A stretch of DNA of 61,651 nucleotides, the filler included, from Sphacelaria rigidula (lineage: Eukaryota), in assembly GCA_964200075.2 (NCBI GenBank). It is 7 parts of 7 records of this genome, joined end to end, with 100 filler letters (N's around TTAATTAATTAA, not from the genome) between each part and the next. Parts side by side here need not be neighbours in the genome. Positions count along the whole stretch, not along the records: positions 26,468 to 35,188 come from CAXNAA020010276.1; positions 35,289 to 44,009 come from CAXNAA020010277.1; 5 more parts are not named here. One strand, given 5' to 3'. A program made the translations under genes and the position numbers. The notes beneath the pieces were generated by a model, which did not search any database, was not told where the DNA came from, and saw only the letters and a program-made list of their open reading frames with translations. How positions within the stretch are numbered: the stretch's first letter is position 1; every line of letters starts with the position of its first letter. Positions 26,368 to 40,545 of the stretch are shown here, one piece after another.

Positions 26368-28806
26368 NNNNNNNNNNNNNNNNNNNNNNNNNNNNNNNNN
26401 NNNNNNNNNNNTTAATTAATTAANNNNNNNNNNNNNNNNNNNNNNNNNNNNNNNNNNNNNNNNNNNNAATTTTTGTTCAGCGGCCAATCTTGAAACCTCA
26501 GAGCCAAGCGAATCTGAAAAGTGGGCTAGGCTCCTCTCTGTGGGGTGATGAAAAGTGTCCAAGACGTGTGTCGGCAATTTTCCCTGTTTGGGGGTCAAAA
26601 AGGGGATCAAATGTCCCCACGGTGAACAATCCGTGGGCCAAAAATCTGTTTGCCATGACATCCGGCCTGAGTAGCAAAATAATGTTTGACGAAAGTCGAC
26701 GCGGCGCGGGACAGGATATCGGATTCGCGATACTCCAAATGCCGGACGTACACTGGTGGAAAGAGCGGAGATGATCCAGTGACTGCAGACTCGTCCCGAG
26801 GAAGGCAAAGGGTCGAAGCGCCCTCGATATATTATCTTCTCCCTGTCCAAGAAAAAACAAAACAGCAAGAAAAAACATCCCAACCCATTCACATCCCAAC
26901 CCATCCAACCCAATAACGTTTATACGTTTATACGCCTCTCTAATCGTAAATTTTACTCCCCGTTCGTACTCATCGTCGAATTTTTAATCGCACCAAAAAA
27001 TGACAAATTCGTATTTCATCATGAAGTAAGGGATAAAAATGGATGAAAACCAAAGCCATTTGCAATTTTCTCTTCTCCTGTGGTAGTATCCTCACACACA
27101 CCCTACCCCTCCCCCCGTTACAAGTCATCTCTTCGTACGATCTAAGAAGAGGTCGACTCTTCCAACGATCATACGATAGTTTCTTTCTCGCTTTCCCGTG
27201 TTCCATTCGCCGATTTGACATAAAACAGAATGAAACGCGAGTAAAAAGTGCACCGTGATCGCCACAAACCAGACCAACTCTCACGGATTTAAAATCAAGA
27301 ACATGCCACATTCAAGATTTCGTACAGCCCGCCATTTTGCGCAAGGCTTCGAAAATAGGGGGGGGGGGGCGTACTCATTCGTCGCTTGCTATAGTCGTTT
27401 GACCATTGACCAAGGGGGGGTTCATTAAGAATCAAACCGTCCGGCCGTACAAAATCACAAAACCTTGACCCTTGATGGTTTATCTGGATGGAACGGGATC
27501 GTGAAAACGCCATACCCTTACTGACTTTCATAGCCACAAAGCCAACACCGAGACATTCGCTAGCGCATGGTGGAGGCCTAGAGCACACCGGTGCGCCGTT
27601 CGCTATTTGGGTCTATTGGGTGCCAAATTGATAGAGAAACCAGGCAATCTTGTCTCTGTCCACTGAGAAACAATTTTCCATAGCCACGCGAATTGCTGCT
27701 TTCTCTCTCGGCACCGGGCGGTTTCCCGTCGAACAGATCATACAATGCCCAGCTAAACAATGGCCAAGCAACCATCTCTGCCTTGCATGTCGTGTTCCTG
27801 TCAGTAGATTGGTGCCGCTGCTTCATTCAGATCGAGGAAACCAAGAGATGCATGTGTGGCGAAAAATTGCAACATAACGTGCACGGGTCATGGCAACATG
27901 GGCATTTCGGAGACCTTCCTATAATTCATTTCATTTTGTCCAAAATTGCCGTAGGGGATGTTTCTGCGTCACCTGGTGAAAACTGTGAATCACCCGAGGT
28001 GAGTCCGTTTTTTGTCATGTTGTTTCGGGTCCCCTGTCCCCCAGGAGTTGGTCTCACGTTTGTCTGAGAAATTCGGAACCGACCTACTTCTCCCGCCACA
28101 AGTGTGACCCATGAGGGAAGACCACCCCGGTACCTTTTCTTATTTTTTGTGATGCTATTTCTAAGCCGCCCCCTCCTCGGGACAAGTCCGTAGTCTCGCT
28201 GAATGAATCCATCTCTCCCTTTGTACTGACCTTGCGACTTATCGTCGAGTATTGGATCCGCACTATTATACCGCAGACCGTGGAATTTAATTGAGTTTCG
28301 GTGAAGTCCCGTTTTTTGCGCTCTACACGACGCATATCAGTAAAATTAATTATTGCTGTCAGGACTCAAACCCACCGCACAGCATCTCCCGTCGACACGC
28401 GAGTTCTCGTCATCGCCATGCCATCACATGCCACGTACTCTACATTTGCGTTGGGCGCGTGGGGTGTATAGAATCACATGGTCGCACAACCGCCACCATG
28501 ATAGGCGGCAACCCTAACGAATTATACGTTTCATGCAACGCTTTTCGTGATGTTGCACAAACCAGTCTCAGGGGCAGGTCTGGTGTGTTGCTCTCGGTGG
28601 TGCTGGGGGCCGTGTGGTCTCAGGATCTTGGAGATGTTGGTTCCATCCATTTTTCGCACGGCACGGCTTTTATTTTAGTAGGACATCGAGAGCAATTTAA
28701 GTGTTACGACAGCCGCCCATTCGGCACCAAACCATATATCGTATCTGCAAGAGACCAGGCTATACCCGACAACCCCCACAGTCGACTCCAAACGACCAAA
28801 TATACA

Positions 28807-31076
28807 GTTATGGGGGTGAATGGGGTCCGATTTTGGGTACTATATATCGGTAAAATAGACCGACCACTATCCACTGCAGAAAAAATGACCCGTAATCGAG
28901 CCAATCGCATCAATCATAAATACACACATCATCTCCAAATAATGACCTCACTCATATGAAATGTATCCTAACTTCAGCACATATTCACAAGCCTGTGAGT
29001 GGTCGGTGTCGCGGGAATGTAGTTGCTCCGGCGACTGCACTGGTATATTGTGGTGTGCTTGAATCGTTCAGCTGTTGTACTCGGGATGTACACGCCCACT
29101 ACATTCCACCCCACATTTACCGTTCTTCTCAACATAAGCAGTCAAGAACACGAGAAGTGGTAGCAGTTGCGGGCGTCACCCACAACACCAACCCTACTTA
29201 ACCCTTTTACTCACATACCGCAAAAACGAAGCAGCACAGAATATTCAGACAAAAAGCACAAGGGTCGAGTATCGTGGAACCAGTGAGAATGATGCAGACG
29301 ATGTTGACGATGATAAAGGGATTCACGCTGTGCGGCTGGGCTGCTCATTGCATACCCCGCACCTTTCTGTGATGGCGGGTTTGGAGAGCAATTACTTCAT
29401 GGGCCATGGGCCTCATGGGCTCAGGGTCGTGACACGAGTGGAAGGAATCACTATTGTGTTCTCCACTCCTGAAAGCAAACCGTCAACGGCAAACTCCACC
29501 TCTGCGACACAAGACACAAGACGCCTGGAGCTATCAGTGTTGAACCGTCACGTTGCCTTTTGTGTCATGCCGACCACCACGGCAGCGCTAAAGGAGCGCT
29601 GCGTAAATAAGGCCCCCACATATCCATTTCACATTACATCGGCACAAAGCAAGAGCTGGAATGCGCATGTTGGCGCAAATACCCTTGCCCATTTTTGCTT
29701 TGTAGTATATAGTCCTGAAACTAAGCATTCGATCGAAACTGCAACTTGCCAACCGCGATGTTTACATGTTGTTAGTGTATACAGGCAGCAGTGGCAACAA
29801 GCATCATGGCTCCTCCTATTAGTCAGTGAAATGCGGTACACCAACGATGGTCAAAACCGCTTTTCACACGTGGGTTTTTGTCCTTTATCCGTCCGATGTA
29901 CGCTCAGGCGACTCTCATGCGTGACCTTGCCCTCTGCTATTCGAGAGGTGGCGGGTACTTGCTGTTGAAACGCGAAGTCGCTTTGCACAGCCACAGAGGA
30001 AACCAGCACGTAGCTTGTTATCGATGTACACAGGCAGTACTGACAGCACATTTTCTCCAAGTTTTTGGGAGAATGAATTACCTCTTGTACACAAGCGCAT
30101 ACAAGAAATAAGTACCACATGGCAGGACGGAAGATACATACACATCTGCCCCATGTTGCATTGTTTACATATTGCTATTAGTATTCACAGTCAGTTACGG
30201 AAAACATCATCGCTGTCCCCCGACTGTTAAAGGACCAAGGGACCGCAATAAAAATTGGGCGCACCGGCTTAGCCTATATGCGCTGGACCCAACACTCTGA
30301 TATGAAACAGACGCGTCAAGCTTTTCGGTGACCGCGTTGAGCCTTTCGGTGGCCGCCTTGAGTTTTTTTTTCAGCCTTCTCCGCGCGTTGAGGCGCCGCC
30401 TTCAGCTTACGTGCGGCTATCAAGGCACAGGATAAGCCTTGGCCGTTTTTTTCCTTGTACGTTGTCCATGCTGCGCGGGAGGTCGCTTTTCTCTTGAGTT
30501 TCGAAACACCGAGCTTTTGAGAATTCCGCATTTTTCACGTCGATAACCGCTGCTGTTCCTGAAGCCGCAAGAGCCGATTTTTCAACGCAGATATCTCGGC
30601 AACGAAGCAGAGGATTGAACTGCGGTTTGATGCGTGCGTTTCCCACACGCCAGAACCTTTCAGTGCCGCGGCGGCTTTCCGTAACGCGTGCCGTGGAGCC
30701 CGCAGCACTTTGCAAACCGCCAGAACGTACCAAAAACGCCTTATCTTCGACGTTCGGGGGCGTTTCGGATCCGTTGTGTCGGATTGAGCAAGGCCGCCGC
30801 GGCGCTGAATAGATCTAGTGTGTGCGCGGGGGGCTATCAAGTGCCACAGGCCGATTGGCTTCCTGTCTCGAGAACTATGCGATGGAAAAATTACAGCTGT
30901 CGCATACTAAACGTAGGTAACTTCGGGTGGAGCGTGTGTTCTGTTCGGCACAGGTTCGGCACAGGTCCGACCAGTCAGTTACGTCTTCAATACGTCCTCA
31001 ATATCCCTCCGCGTTCATATATATATTTGTTGACAACGGATTTTTGGTCGGTAAGGCCTTTATTCACCCCCATAAC
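28807..31076. repeat. Perfect 15-bp inverted repeat pair, possibly TIRs of an old element
   Basis: GTTATGGGGGTGAAT (28807-28821) and ATTCACCCCCATAAC (31062-31076). The left copy is preceded by TA-CA. Confidence 0.35.
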
Positions 31077-31682
31077 AGTGCAGCAGATCATCACGGGAAC
31101 CCTTGATACACTTGTTCTAATGGCGCATCGCATGTGGTCTACATCTAAGCACAAGAGGGAATATCGAGATAGTGTCATAATCGCCCCTACGCAAAGATGG
31201 CTGATCCCCCGGTAGGCGCAGAACGGCACCGCTGATCCACAGTATTCCCTTAGGACGCCCGGAAAGTCGCGGCGAAGGCTGGATTTGATTAAAGCAGAAA
31301 CCTCAGTATCCGGCGACGTCTTTAGTCCTGAGGCAGATCACCTGACGAAGCGTTGATCCGAGGTACAAATCATATATCCGGTCATGATTTATCCCCTGAC
31401 ACACTCAGTTTCGTGTGGATCAAAGTTTTCAATAACCCAGGCTCTGGCCTGTAACCGATCCTCTTGGAACGGTTAGCCTGCAATCGAAGGCATACCAAAA
31501 CAAGTTTTGAGGCCGCATAACGGCTGGTGTGCTGCCTGCCTGCACGGTGCCGATGGCCTGCTGTCCGTAGTCACACCCAAACTTGCTCCCAGTATCGTCT
31601 AGCGCACGTCCCAGAAATGACGATGGTTGAGGATACCCGAGTATGAACAAGCTTGTCTTGCTTTTCTTTGCATCGCCCCCAG

Positions 31683-31891
31683 GACACAACAATCAGCATG
31701 GGCACAATAACAACCAGCATGGACACGCCAACAACCAGCCGCAGCATGCCGCAAATCCGCAGCCGTACGCGGGAGCCCCGCATCCATATGTGTCAGGAAA
31801 CGCGCCGAACGGAGGGGAGGAGAAGGTGTCGGAGATGCCCGTTGCTGTAGCGGTGCCTCTACACCAGGCCGATGATCAGAGCGGCGGTCAG
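31683..31891 (+). CDS. Candidate exon of an unknown protein, H/N/Q/P-rich low-complexity
   Basis: Polypyrimidine tract and ccag acceptor. Open frame HNNQHGHNNNQHGHANNQPQHAANPQPYAGAPHPY...EMPVAVAVPL. Donor at 31887 (gtcagg) or 31892 (gtcaat). Confidence 0.55.
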
Positions 31892-32039
31892 GTCAATCGA
31901 AAGAGTTGATCAGATGTTGTGGTATCGATAAGACCTGCTCCTTTTTTAATTATATTGCGCACGAGAAAAAGGTTTAGAATTTGTTTTTTGTGCCTAGTCT
32001 TTGTCGACTTCGTGCTTGCGTTACCTTTTTACACCTTTT

Positions 32040-32100
32040 TGTTCGTTCGTTTGTTCGTTTGTTCGTTTGTTCGTTTGTTCGTTTGTTCGTTTTTTTGTTT
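32040..32100. repeat. (GTTC/GTTT)n microsatellite
   Basis: Direct reading. Confidence 0.9.
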
Positions 32101-34102
32101 GTTTGCCCCATGTTGTGTTATGTTGTGTTATGTTGGATGCCCTATGAAGTACGGGCCAGAGATGACTGGTGACTGGCCGAGTGGAACATCTGACCATTTT
32201 TGTCCGCGGGTAGTGGTCGATTTGAGAGGAAACGTCTGCCATGCGCCCTTTACGTGCACTGCATGTACGTGTAAGCCACCATCGTCGTGCACGTTCCAGA
32301 AGCGTCTGGGACTGACATCCGTATTAGCCGTTTCGAGAAATCGGTCATCTTCCTGTATTTTTATCGTTGTATGCGTTTTTCTTGTTCTCCCCTATGTTTG
32401 TAGGCGTTCTGCTTGGGGTCAAAGAGGAAAGGACCCTCTCTTTTTTTCAAGGACTGAAGCGGTCCGGAGTCGGGGTTAATGTTTTCACGTATCTTGGACG
32501 CCATAGCCGAATTTCGTTTGTTATGTTCGCTGTGAAGTGATCGCGATCGATGAAAACAGGATGCGTACAACGAATGAGAAATAGAGGCAGAAAACGTCCT
32601 CACTGCTGGTCGGAGAAGCGATCATTCTGAAAAGATATAAAGAGACGCTATTTCGATTACCGTGCGTGACTTTTACCCGTGAGTCAAGTTTTGTCGTTTT
32701 ATCCGTAGTTGTTTCAGCAATATGCGAAGGTTTGCCACATTGTGCTGCTTTTTTCAATTGTAAGAACAAAATGCGTGTCGCGTGTCGCGTGTCGTGCACA
32801 ACTCCTTCTAGCTGGGGGTGTCCTCTGTACATATTTCGTGTGGAATTTATGTTGCGTGTCATCAGTCGAATGCAAGTTGCTTGCTCACTTTCCCGCGTAT
32901 CTTATGCGGACAGTTGTATCAATGTTGATGATTTGAAAAACATCGTTCGAAGCCTGCACCGCCCAATCAATAACGACGACGCGGTGATCGAAAACCATGG
33001 TTTGTGCTGGAAGGATGGAGAGGTCTCGACCCCATTTCAACTCCCTTGTGGAAAATGACTGCTTGTTGTGGTGTTGTGCTCGTCGTTCTCGTTTGGTTCA
33101 CGATGCCACCGTTGGTGATGCTTTTCGTTTTCACGGCGATAGTCGGTTGTCCCCATCGTCGGAGGGAACAGCAATCGAAGTGACCTCGTTTCGACTTTGC
33201 TGACTGATGTTTCGTACATCAGACACACTGCCGTGCCCGTGGGGCGGTCATTCCTTCCATGAGTTTTCTGGAGTGGACTGGAGTATGACGCTAGGATCAC
33301 CTGCAGTGCTGTTTGTAATTGGTCGAGTTTTTGATTTTACCTCTTTTGCTATTTCGAGTCATTCAAAATAATCGAATTTTGACCGGTCAAGTTTCCGGAT
33401 TGGCCGTATGCGCCTCGTAAATTCTATGCCATTACAAGTAAATGTAACGTGCCTTTCAAATGCCAGACCGGAAAGCGGACTGTTGTTTTTTCTCCGACAT
33501 GCATTTTGTTCCGGCCTAGGTCAGACGTGGTCCAAAACCTAAGGCTGCAGGTGTTGTCGTATTTGACTCGCGCTTCGTGTGTCACCAGACACGAACAGAA
33601 CAGCCATCTCCGCCAGCATTGAGGCCATCGATCCCATCACGATATGCCGGGGATACCGTACACGGATGCTCTGAATACGTGCAGCCTGGCCTGTTTGCCA
33701 TGTGATCAATCACGCCGCTGATCCGCCCCGAGCGTCTCAACGTATCGCTCGGCTTTAAGGAAGTGCAATTTTCCCTGAAGGACAAGCAAGAGGACACCAG
33801 AAGATATCTGTATCTCAGCACTTCCGATATCGAGGTACTGTCACAGCGCGTATACGGCCGGCGGGCCGAACACCGTCCCACTCCCCCCGACGCGCATGTT
33901 ACAACCATCAGACCATTCGAGAGTGCGCCATTTTGTCCTGGCAAGACGATGTCGAGAAGGGGGAAAAAAAACTTCATGCGCCTTGATTGAGAACATAGCT
34001 CGGCATGTCTTTGCCAACTTCGACCCAGGTTTTATTTCGTCGGGCGCGTGGGATTCGTCGTGCTGGCCACATCTCTGTGGTCGCTACAATTGAACGTTAA
34101 TA

Positions 34103-34957
34103 CGAGCTGGGCCAGCCTAGAGGCGGATTTGAAGTTTGCAGGCCCATGCTCCCGCCAGTATTTGGAGTTGGACCCTGAAATTTGGTATGGACAAGGAATA
34201 GGGCATGAAAAAAATTACATCGGCACCAGAATTTTTATTTTATTCTTTTCTTCATGAGTTGAAGGCATTTTACTGAAACCTGAAAACTGATTATGGCCCA
34301 TAACTCATGAAAAAGGAAAAAATACTTCTGATGCCGGCGTAATTTTTTTCTTCGTGCCCTATTCATCGTCCATACCAAATTTCAGGGTCCAAGTCTAGAT
34401 ATTGGCGGGAGCATGGTGGGCCTTTACAAAATCGGGTCGGTAAAATTTCGGAACATTATTTCGCAGGCCACTCACTGCCCGTGTTTAGTTTTCGTGTATA
34501 GAAATTTTGTGTGGACGCTCTCTAAGGCATAATTGACAAAAAAAAGTGGGTCAGACTGATTTTTTTCAATATTTTTTACTGGTTTAGGGCGTTCTACTAT
34601 GGGAAAGGCCATTTCTTCACGACGACGCCCTAACCTCTACGAAAAAAAAAACATGGAGGCCCACTTTTTTTTTTAATTCGGCACTCTTTTATGGTTCTCC
34701 ACAGCATAATTCGTCGCCATCCGCTAAATGTATCGATCGGGAGTTTCATAGAGATTAGTATGGGCGCTATCTCAGGTATAGGAATTACTAGACATAGGGT
34801 TGAACCAACGAGAAAAAATTGGCCCTGGTTTTTGAGCAGATGGGCACCTTCCCCTTGATTAGACGGTTAATACGATATGCGGACACGGCCCAACTCGTCT
34901 GCGTCGATGAGATATTGCTTTTAGAGCTTAAATCCGTTTTTAGGCTGGCCCAGCTCA
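34103..34957. mobile_element. Family B element, internally deleted copy
   Basis: TA|CGAGCTGGGCCAGCCT...AGGCTGGCCCAGCTCA. Same internal hairpin. About 300 nt shorter than the 14519 copy. Confidence 0.82.
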
Positions 34958-35120
34958 CAAGAGTCTGCTCTTTGCCTGAGCCTCAATTTTTTTGCAGGTT
35001 TGCGCTGCCCGTCAAAAGTACAGACTACAGTGCTTTGCCTGTACTGTGGAGGTCTCTACTAACCGTCATCACATTTACACAAACATTGAAACCCGCTGAG
35101 TTATACCCCATACTGCCAGC

Positions 35121-35188
35121 GCCGGTCGCGCCGGTGGCTCAGTTGGTAACCTCGTAACCTTTAGATGGTTGAGTTGTGGGGTTCGATT
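35121..35188 (+). mobile_element. tRNA-derived SINE family 1, head only (cut by scaffold end)
   Basis: A box TGGCTCAGTTGG and B box GGTTCGATT. Same head as 52263 and 59693. Confidence 0.75.
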
Positions 35189-38100
35189 NNNNNNNNNNNN
35201 NNNNNNNNNNNNNNNNNNNNNNNNNNNNNNNNTTAATTAATTAANNNNNNNNNNNNNNNNNNNNNNNNNNNNNNNNNNNNNNNNNNNNTCCACATGTTAC
35301 ATGACGTTACGTTGCATTTGTCCCGTCCAAAAAATCAAACCTTACGTAGCGTTTAATGGCCCAAAGTTACGTTTTTTCCTTTTTTTATATGTGTCGCGTG
35401 TGTCACGTATCCCTCCCTGGAAATCACCTAAAAAATATATGAATGCAAGTTTTTTCTGACCAGAACTCCAAACGGAACCCATCCAGAGACTAGGGATGCG
35501 CTAGCTACAGTCAGTACACTTGGTTGCCACACCGAAGCACACCAATATGCAAATATGTGTAGCGTCGTTGTAGGACTGTGGTATTGTTATTTGTTGATGT
35601 ATTATATCCGCCATCACCAATGACCAGCGTCCAGTCTGCTTGGTCGTGAGGAAGTTACGGTTTGTGCAGGGTTCAGAAAAATCCCAACCAAGTGACGGTA
35701 TTTTTTCCAGCTTTTACACAAATATTTTTCCGAGTAAAGTTCGACGGTCAACAAAGTAATCACAAAATCGCCTACTCTGACCGACAGTAAATTATGACTT
35801 CGTGGGTTGACAGACATGTTTTTTTTAGATGAACGGCGCAGCGGGCAACTTCTCCATTGCGCTGGGGATATCCCGAATTAATTTGCAAAGGAGTATGCCC
35901 TGACCCATATTTTTGTGCATCTAGAATCGTTAGGAACCCCTGAACTAGACATGATTTCGCGAAAAAAGTGCACCCCTACCGTAGCATTGCTCATAATCTT
36001 TCACTCCCTCCCTCTATTTTTGTTTTTGCTGACATTGGATTATGACGTGTTTTCAGGACGGAAGAAGTGATCTTGGACTCGCTTACGGGGAAGGAATGCC
36101 ACGGCGAGACCCGCAACCAGATTCGGAAGTTGCTGAGAGAGCACCAGCTCGAGGACAGAAATATCAAGGTCGGGATGCTTTCGAAAGTCGAAGTGCTTCC
36201 AGTACGATGAAACCTGCGCACCCCGATGAAATCACCGTGTGGGGCGTGTTGTAGTCTGGCCGTGTCTCGTGAGAAAAAATAGGTGTCGATAAACGTGCTG
36301 TGGGATCGAATTCGATCGTATTTTTAACGTCAACGTCATTTATAATGTCCGCAGTTTATGTTGGACGTGGTTGAAATCACCACCCACTGGATCGGAATAA
36401 TTGCTTTCCACCGAACTTTTTCGATCGGAAATATGATTTGCTGAGACACGGTCAACACAAGTTGCTCGTCGTGTCTGACAGCTGTGATATCTGATCTGCC
36501 GGCAGTCAGTCCACGCGATAGGCAAGACGCAAGATTCGTTCTGTTGTACGGTATTCACCAAAATATGCCGGAAGAAGAGGGATACGGCTTTCCTGTACTA
36601 CAGTCAAGATGAAAACCAGAATATGCCGCAGAAGGAATTATACGACCTGCCTGTACTACAATCAAGATGATTGCATTATCGCGTACTGTAGGCGGCAGTA
36701 AGTCAAAAGCGCAGCAAATCTTGAGCCGCTCAGTTTTTTCGTCTTTTTTGTTCCTTTTTTTAGTCTGTTTGGGACCACCGTTTCGCAGGGCTTCTGTCGC
36801 CGTCTCACCTCACCTACCCCCCGACAGTACGATGGAAAATGTACCCGAAGCAGCCCTGTATGTGGAGAGTTTGGCGACCCAATATAGACCCGGTCCGGTC
36901 CGCCGTTTGAGGACGTTTCATTTCGGCCCAGGTTTTTTACGTCATCTGACCATGGAGATGCTGACCTGGATCGATTCTCGTCACGCGATGAGGAAGAGTT
37001 CAACGTATCGCCTCCGATTGAGCCCCACTTTCTTTGATCGGCCAGTTTTTTTTCGGGGAGGGGTGGTTGCCGAACAACCTTGCTTCATCCAGACTTGAAT
37101 TTGCCGTCCGGTTACATAAATGAGCGTATGTGTGTGCGTGTGTTTTCGGCATAAGAGTCGATTTCGTGTACAATATTTCCGTAGTCCACCGACTGAGTTG
37201 CGTGTTGGGGTGGGTGATCGAATTGCCAACGCGCCCATGGACAGTAGAGGCGGTGCAAAACTGCTCGTGGTTCATATCTGCTTCGCATCCTCCTGTATGC
37301 TGAGAGTCAGAAAGCTGTGCTGTCTGTGTGTCGCGTTGCCCGCTTTTATTCCACATCGCGCCTGTATGCTGTGCGAAACACACACATTACCTACACAACA
37401 GTACAGGCCGCCACTGTTCTACACTCTGTACTGTCTCTACCGCACGTTATATAGGTGAAGAAGTACCGTTTCACGAATTTCACTTAGCCTTTTCGATTCA
37501 AAGCGTGCAAATTCGCTCGGACCCAAACATAGCAAAGCGAACTGAATCAGCTACACCGCACGAACTCGTTCGAGTGGAAGAAAATTTGGTAAGATACGGC
37601 CTCACACCTGATTGGGCCGTGACTTGTCGAGACCAAAAAAAATGAAGGAAAAAAAAAAAACGTCCAAAAGTCGCGTGATGATTAGCCGCCACAACCATAC
37701 CCGCGTGGCGATCAATCAACTTGCTGCTTTTGGGCGCGTGCTCCTCTTCCAGCTGCTTCCTTTTTTGGTCTCGATGAGTCATGGCCTCAGGCCTTGCGCA
37801 GTTTGACCTACACTCCTGGACGCCGGAACTGTTCATATTGGTAATTTATTCGTAATTGGCGATTTTGTTAGATTCTTTCGCTTGCCACCGCTCATCACAA
37901 TGATATTATGAAGGTACTTGTATCCGCTTCACATTTCAAGAAGAAAAATAAGCTGTACTCAATATTGAGTGACCTACGGGCTGATCGGTCATCGGGGGTC
38001 CTGCCACGTTTCCGCCCAGATTTTGACTGTTCGGTATTTTCGGTCGATTGAGCTTGTCCGGACCATATTTGTGAAGAAATATACAGGTCCAGTTTTTTTT

Positions 38101-38322
38101 TTTTAAATTCCACCTACTGATTGCACTAGAGCCAAAAAACTGTGTTTCATGGTCAATAACATCCTCCTGATAAACGGAGTATCTCCTCGTGTCGCCTGAT
38201 AACACGAAGTAACACTAACTTGGGCACTGGGGGGGAAGGCGATCTGTTTATTTGACCAAAACCTACCGACGATAGTACTTCCGAGTTCTATCGAAAAGTA
38301 GTCCCGAGAAAAAACCTTCCTA

Positions 38323-39060
38323 CGAGCTGGGCCAGCCCAAAAACGGATTTAAGCTCTAAAAGCGATATCTCAACGACACAGACGAGTTGGGCCGTGATCC
38401 GCATATCGTATTAATCGCCTAATCAAGGGGAAGGTGCCCATCTGCTCAAAAATCTGGGCCAATTTTTTCTTCTCGAATAAATCCCATGTATAGTAATTTC
38501 TATACCTAGCGGAGATAGCGTCCACACTAGAATCGATATGAAACCCCGAACGATCGATCAAGCGGATGATGACGATTTTTAGTGTGGATCTTCCCTGGAG
38601 CACGGGGAGACGATAGATACCCCCACTTTCACCTAATTCGTTATCTATCTCGAGAAATGGCTCACATAAGGTTCGATACTAAAATCAATGTATTACGAGC
38701 AGAGGCACTAGATGACCTAAATCTGGACATCGCGTCTCAGTTTTTGAGAGTTGTGCTATTACATTTGGTATGGAGAACAGCTAGTGCATAATGCAATAAA
38801 AAACACAGCTCTTCCGTTTTTTTGTTTTGTTTTTTTCTCATCTTTTTTCGTGTTTTCAGGGGGGTTTTGAGGAGAAACGAACATTTCCCTTGGGCCTTCT
38901 CTCAATTTTTCAGCTCAATTTTTAGAGTTGTGATTTGAAACTTGGCATAGAAAACGACAGAGGTATGCTGAGTAAAAAGAATGGGCCTTCATTTTTTTTT
39001 TTTCATGAGAGGTCCGGGCGTTCTCGTAAAAAAATCATCGTTACCATCCCATTGCCACAC
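38323..39060 (-). mobile_element. Family B element, truncated inverted copy
   Basis: TA|CGAGCTGGGCCAGCCCAAAAACGGATTTAAGCTCT is the reverse complement of the right end of the other copies. Homology fades near 39060, so that boundary is approximate. Confidence 0.78.
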
Positions 39061-40545
39061 AGCTCTTTGCGGTCGGGGTGGGCCGCCATTTCCCTCTTTG
39101 TTGCATGCGACAAATTCTCTTCGAAGGATATATCAGCTTTGCGGCGCGCATACATATAGTATAGTACACAGTTCAAGTACAGTGCAGTACGCCTCCCCGA
39201 CTGCAGCAGCAGCTGCCGTTGCATACTCCCTTGCACGTTCTGGGCAATTCTCAGCCACCGACATTAATTTCCTATTTACCGCTTCTTCATCCCCGCCTAC
39301 TACATGCATGTTAACTGTACACTGCAAGTCATCGGCATAGGGATAAGGATAATTCATGACGGTAGCTCATTTTGTCTTTCCACGGCCCACCTGGATTTTG
39401 TGCCTCGTGAAAATGACCATATTGTAGCATGTACACTCCTTCCCGTTTTTTTCCGGTCCACCCTGTGTTAGTAAAAATTACTACGTTCCAGTATAGAATT
39501 GGGACCCGAAAAACCACTCCGGAAAAACTCGGGAACGCTATACTAAGTGCAAGTAATACCATGAAAACAAGCTGCGACCACCCTGCACTTGAAAACCTGG
39601 GGAGGCTTATCTGGGCCAGGGATAGGGCCCCCACACGATCTNNNNNNNTTTCGCCTCGCCGTGATTGGGCAGGTCGCTCAAAGACTTGTTTTTTATTATT
39701 CCACTCACACAGGTAGTGGGGGTCCGGTCCCAGAAGAGTTAATAGTCGTTGCTCCCTGCTTGGCCCCTTTTGTGCTGTAAATATAGCTCCACACTGCGGT
39801 GTTGTTGTAGAACACTGAGCAGAGATGTCAACAGCGTACAGTAGATCGGGTTTAGTGCAGAGCGACAAGCTCATCGTTGATGATTTTTTTTTTCGCATGA
39901 ATGGTAAAGTAGCAGCAACACAGAAACAGGGAACAGGTGGAAGTTGTGTAGACGATGTGGAATACGTGCAGGATCGAACACACCCGAGGTGTGCCAGCCC
40001 TGCCCCAAACGTGCTAGGACGGCGAAAGTATAGATGGGATGACAGGATGCATGTGGTCTGCATATATCGCAGCATTGGTGGCTACCGGCGTGTGTCACTT
40101 GCGAAGACATGTGCACATGCATGTATATGACTTGTGTCTCAAAACCTGTCGGGGTACTCTGTCGTAGCACGAATCCTTGTGTATATGCCCCTTCGTCTAC
40201 ATATTCATGCCGAAAGGCGTTTCGTCGTTTAAAAAAGCAGCCGTTCTGAACCCCAGATGTGCCACAGGCCACAGGGTTCCTGGGTCCGACTCTTCGACCG
40301 GGAACCTGGATATGCAAAAAGATACGTTCATCACTCGGGTGATGTGGGTGAAATATACATTAGGGATTTCCCAGATTACCTTGACCAACCTGATGGGATT
40401 TTGGTATATGTGACCGTGATATGGATGGCAGTGTCGAACAAATCCTCGGCGTAATGAAACAGCTACATCTGAAGGAACAGTCGAATGGTCTCGAAAATTT
40501 CTGCCCTGTCTTTGATACCCCTGTGTTGCCGCCTTTTGAAGGTTA

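Noticed and set aside
37804..37806. In-frame TGA as selenocysteine
   Set aside because: No recognisable selenoprotein motif or SECIS, and the exon model itself is uncertain.
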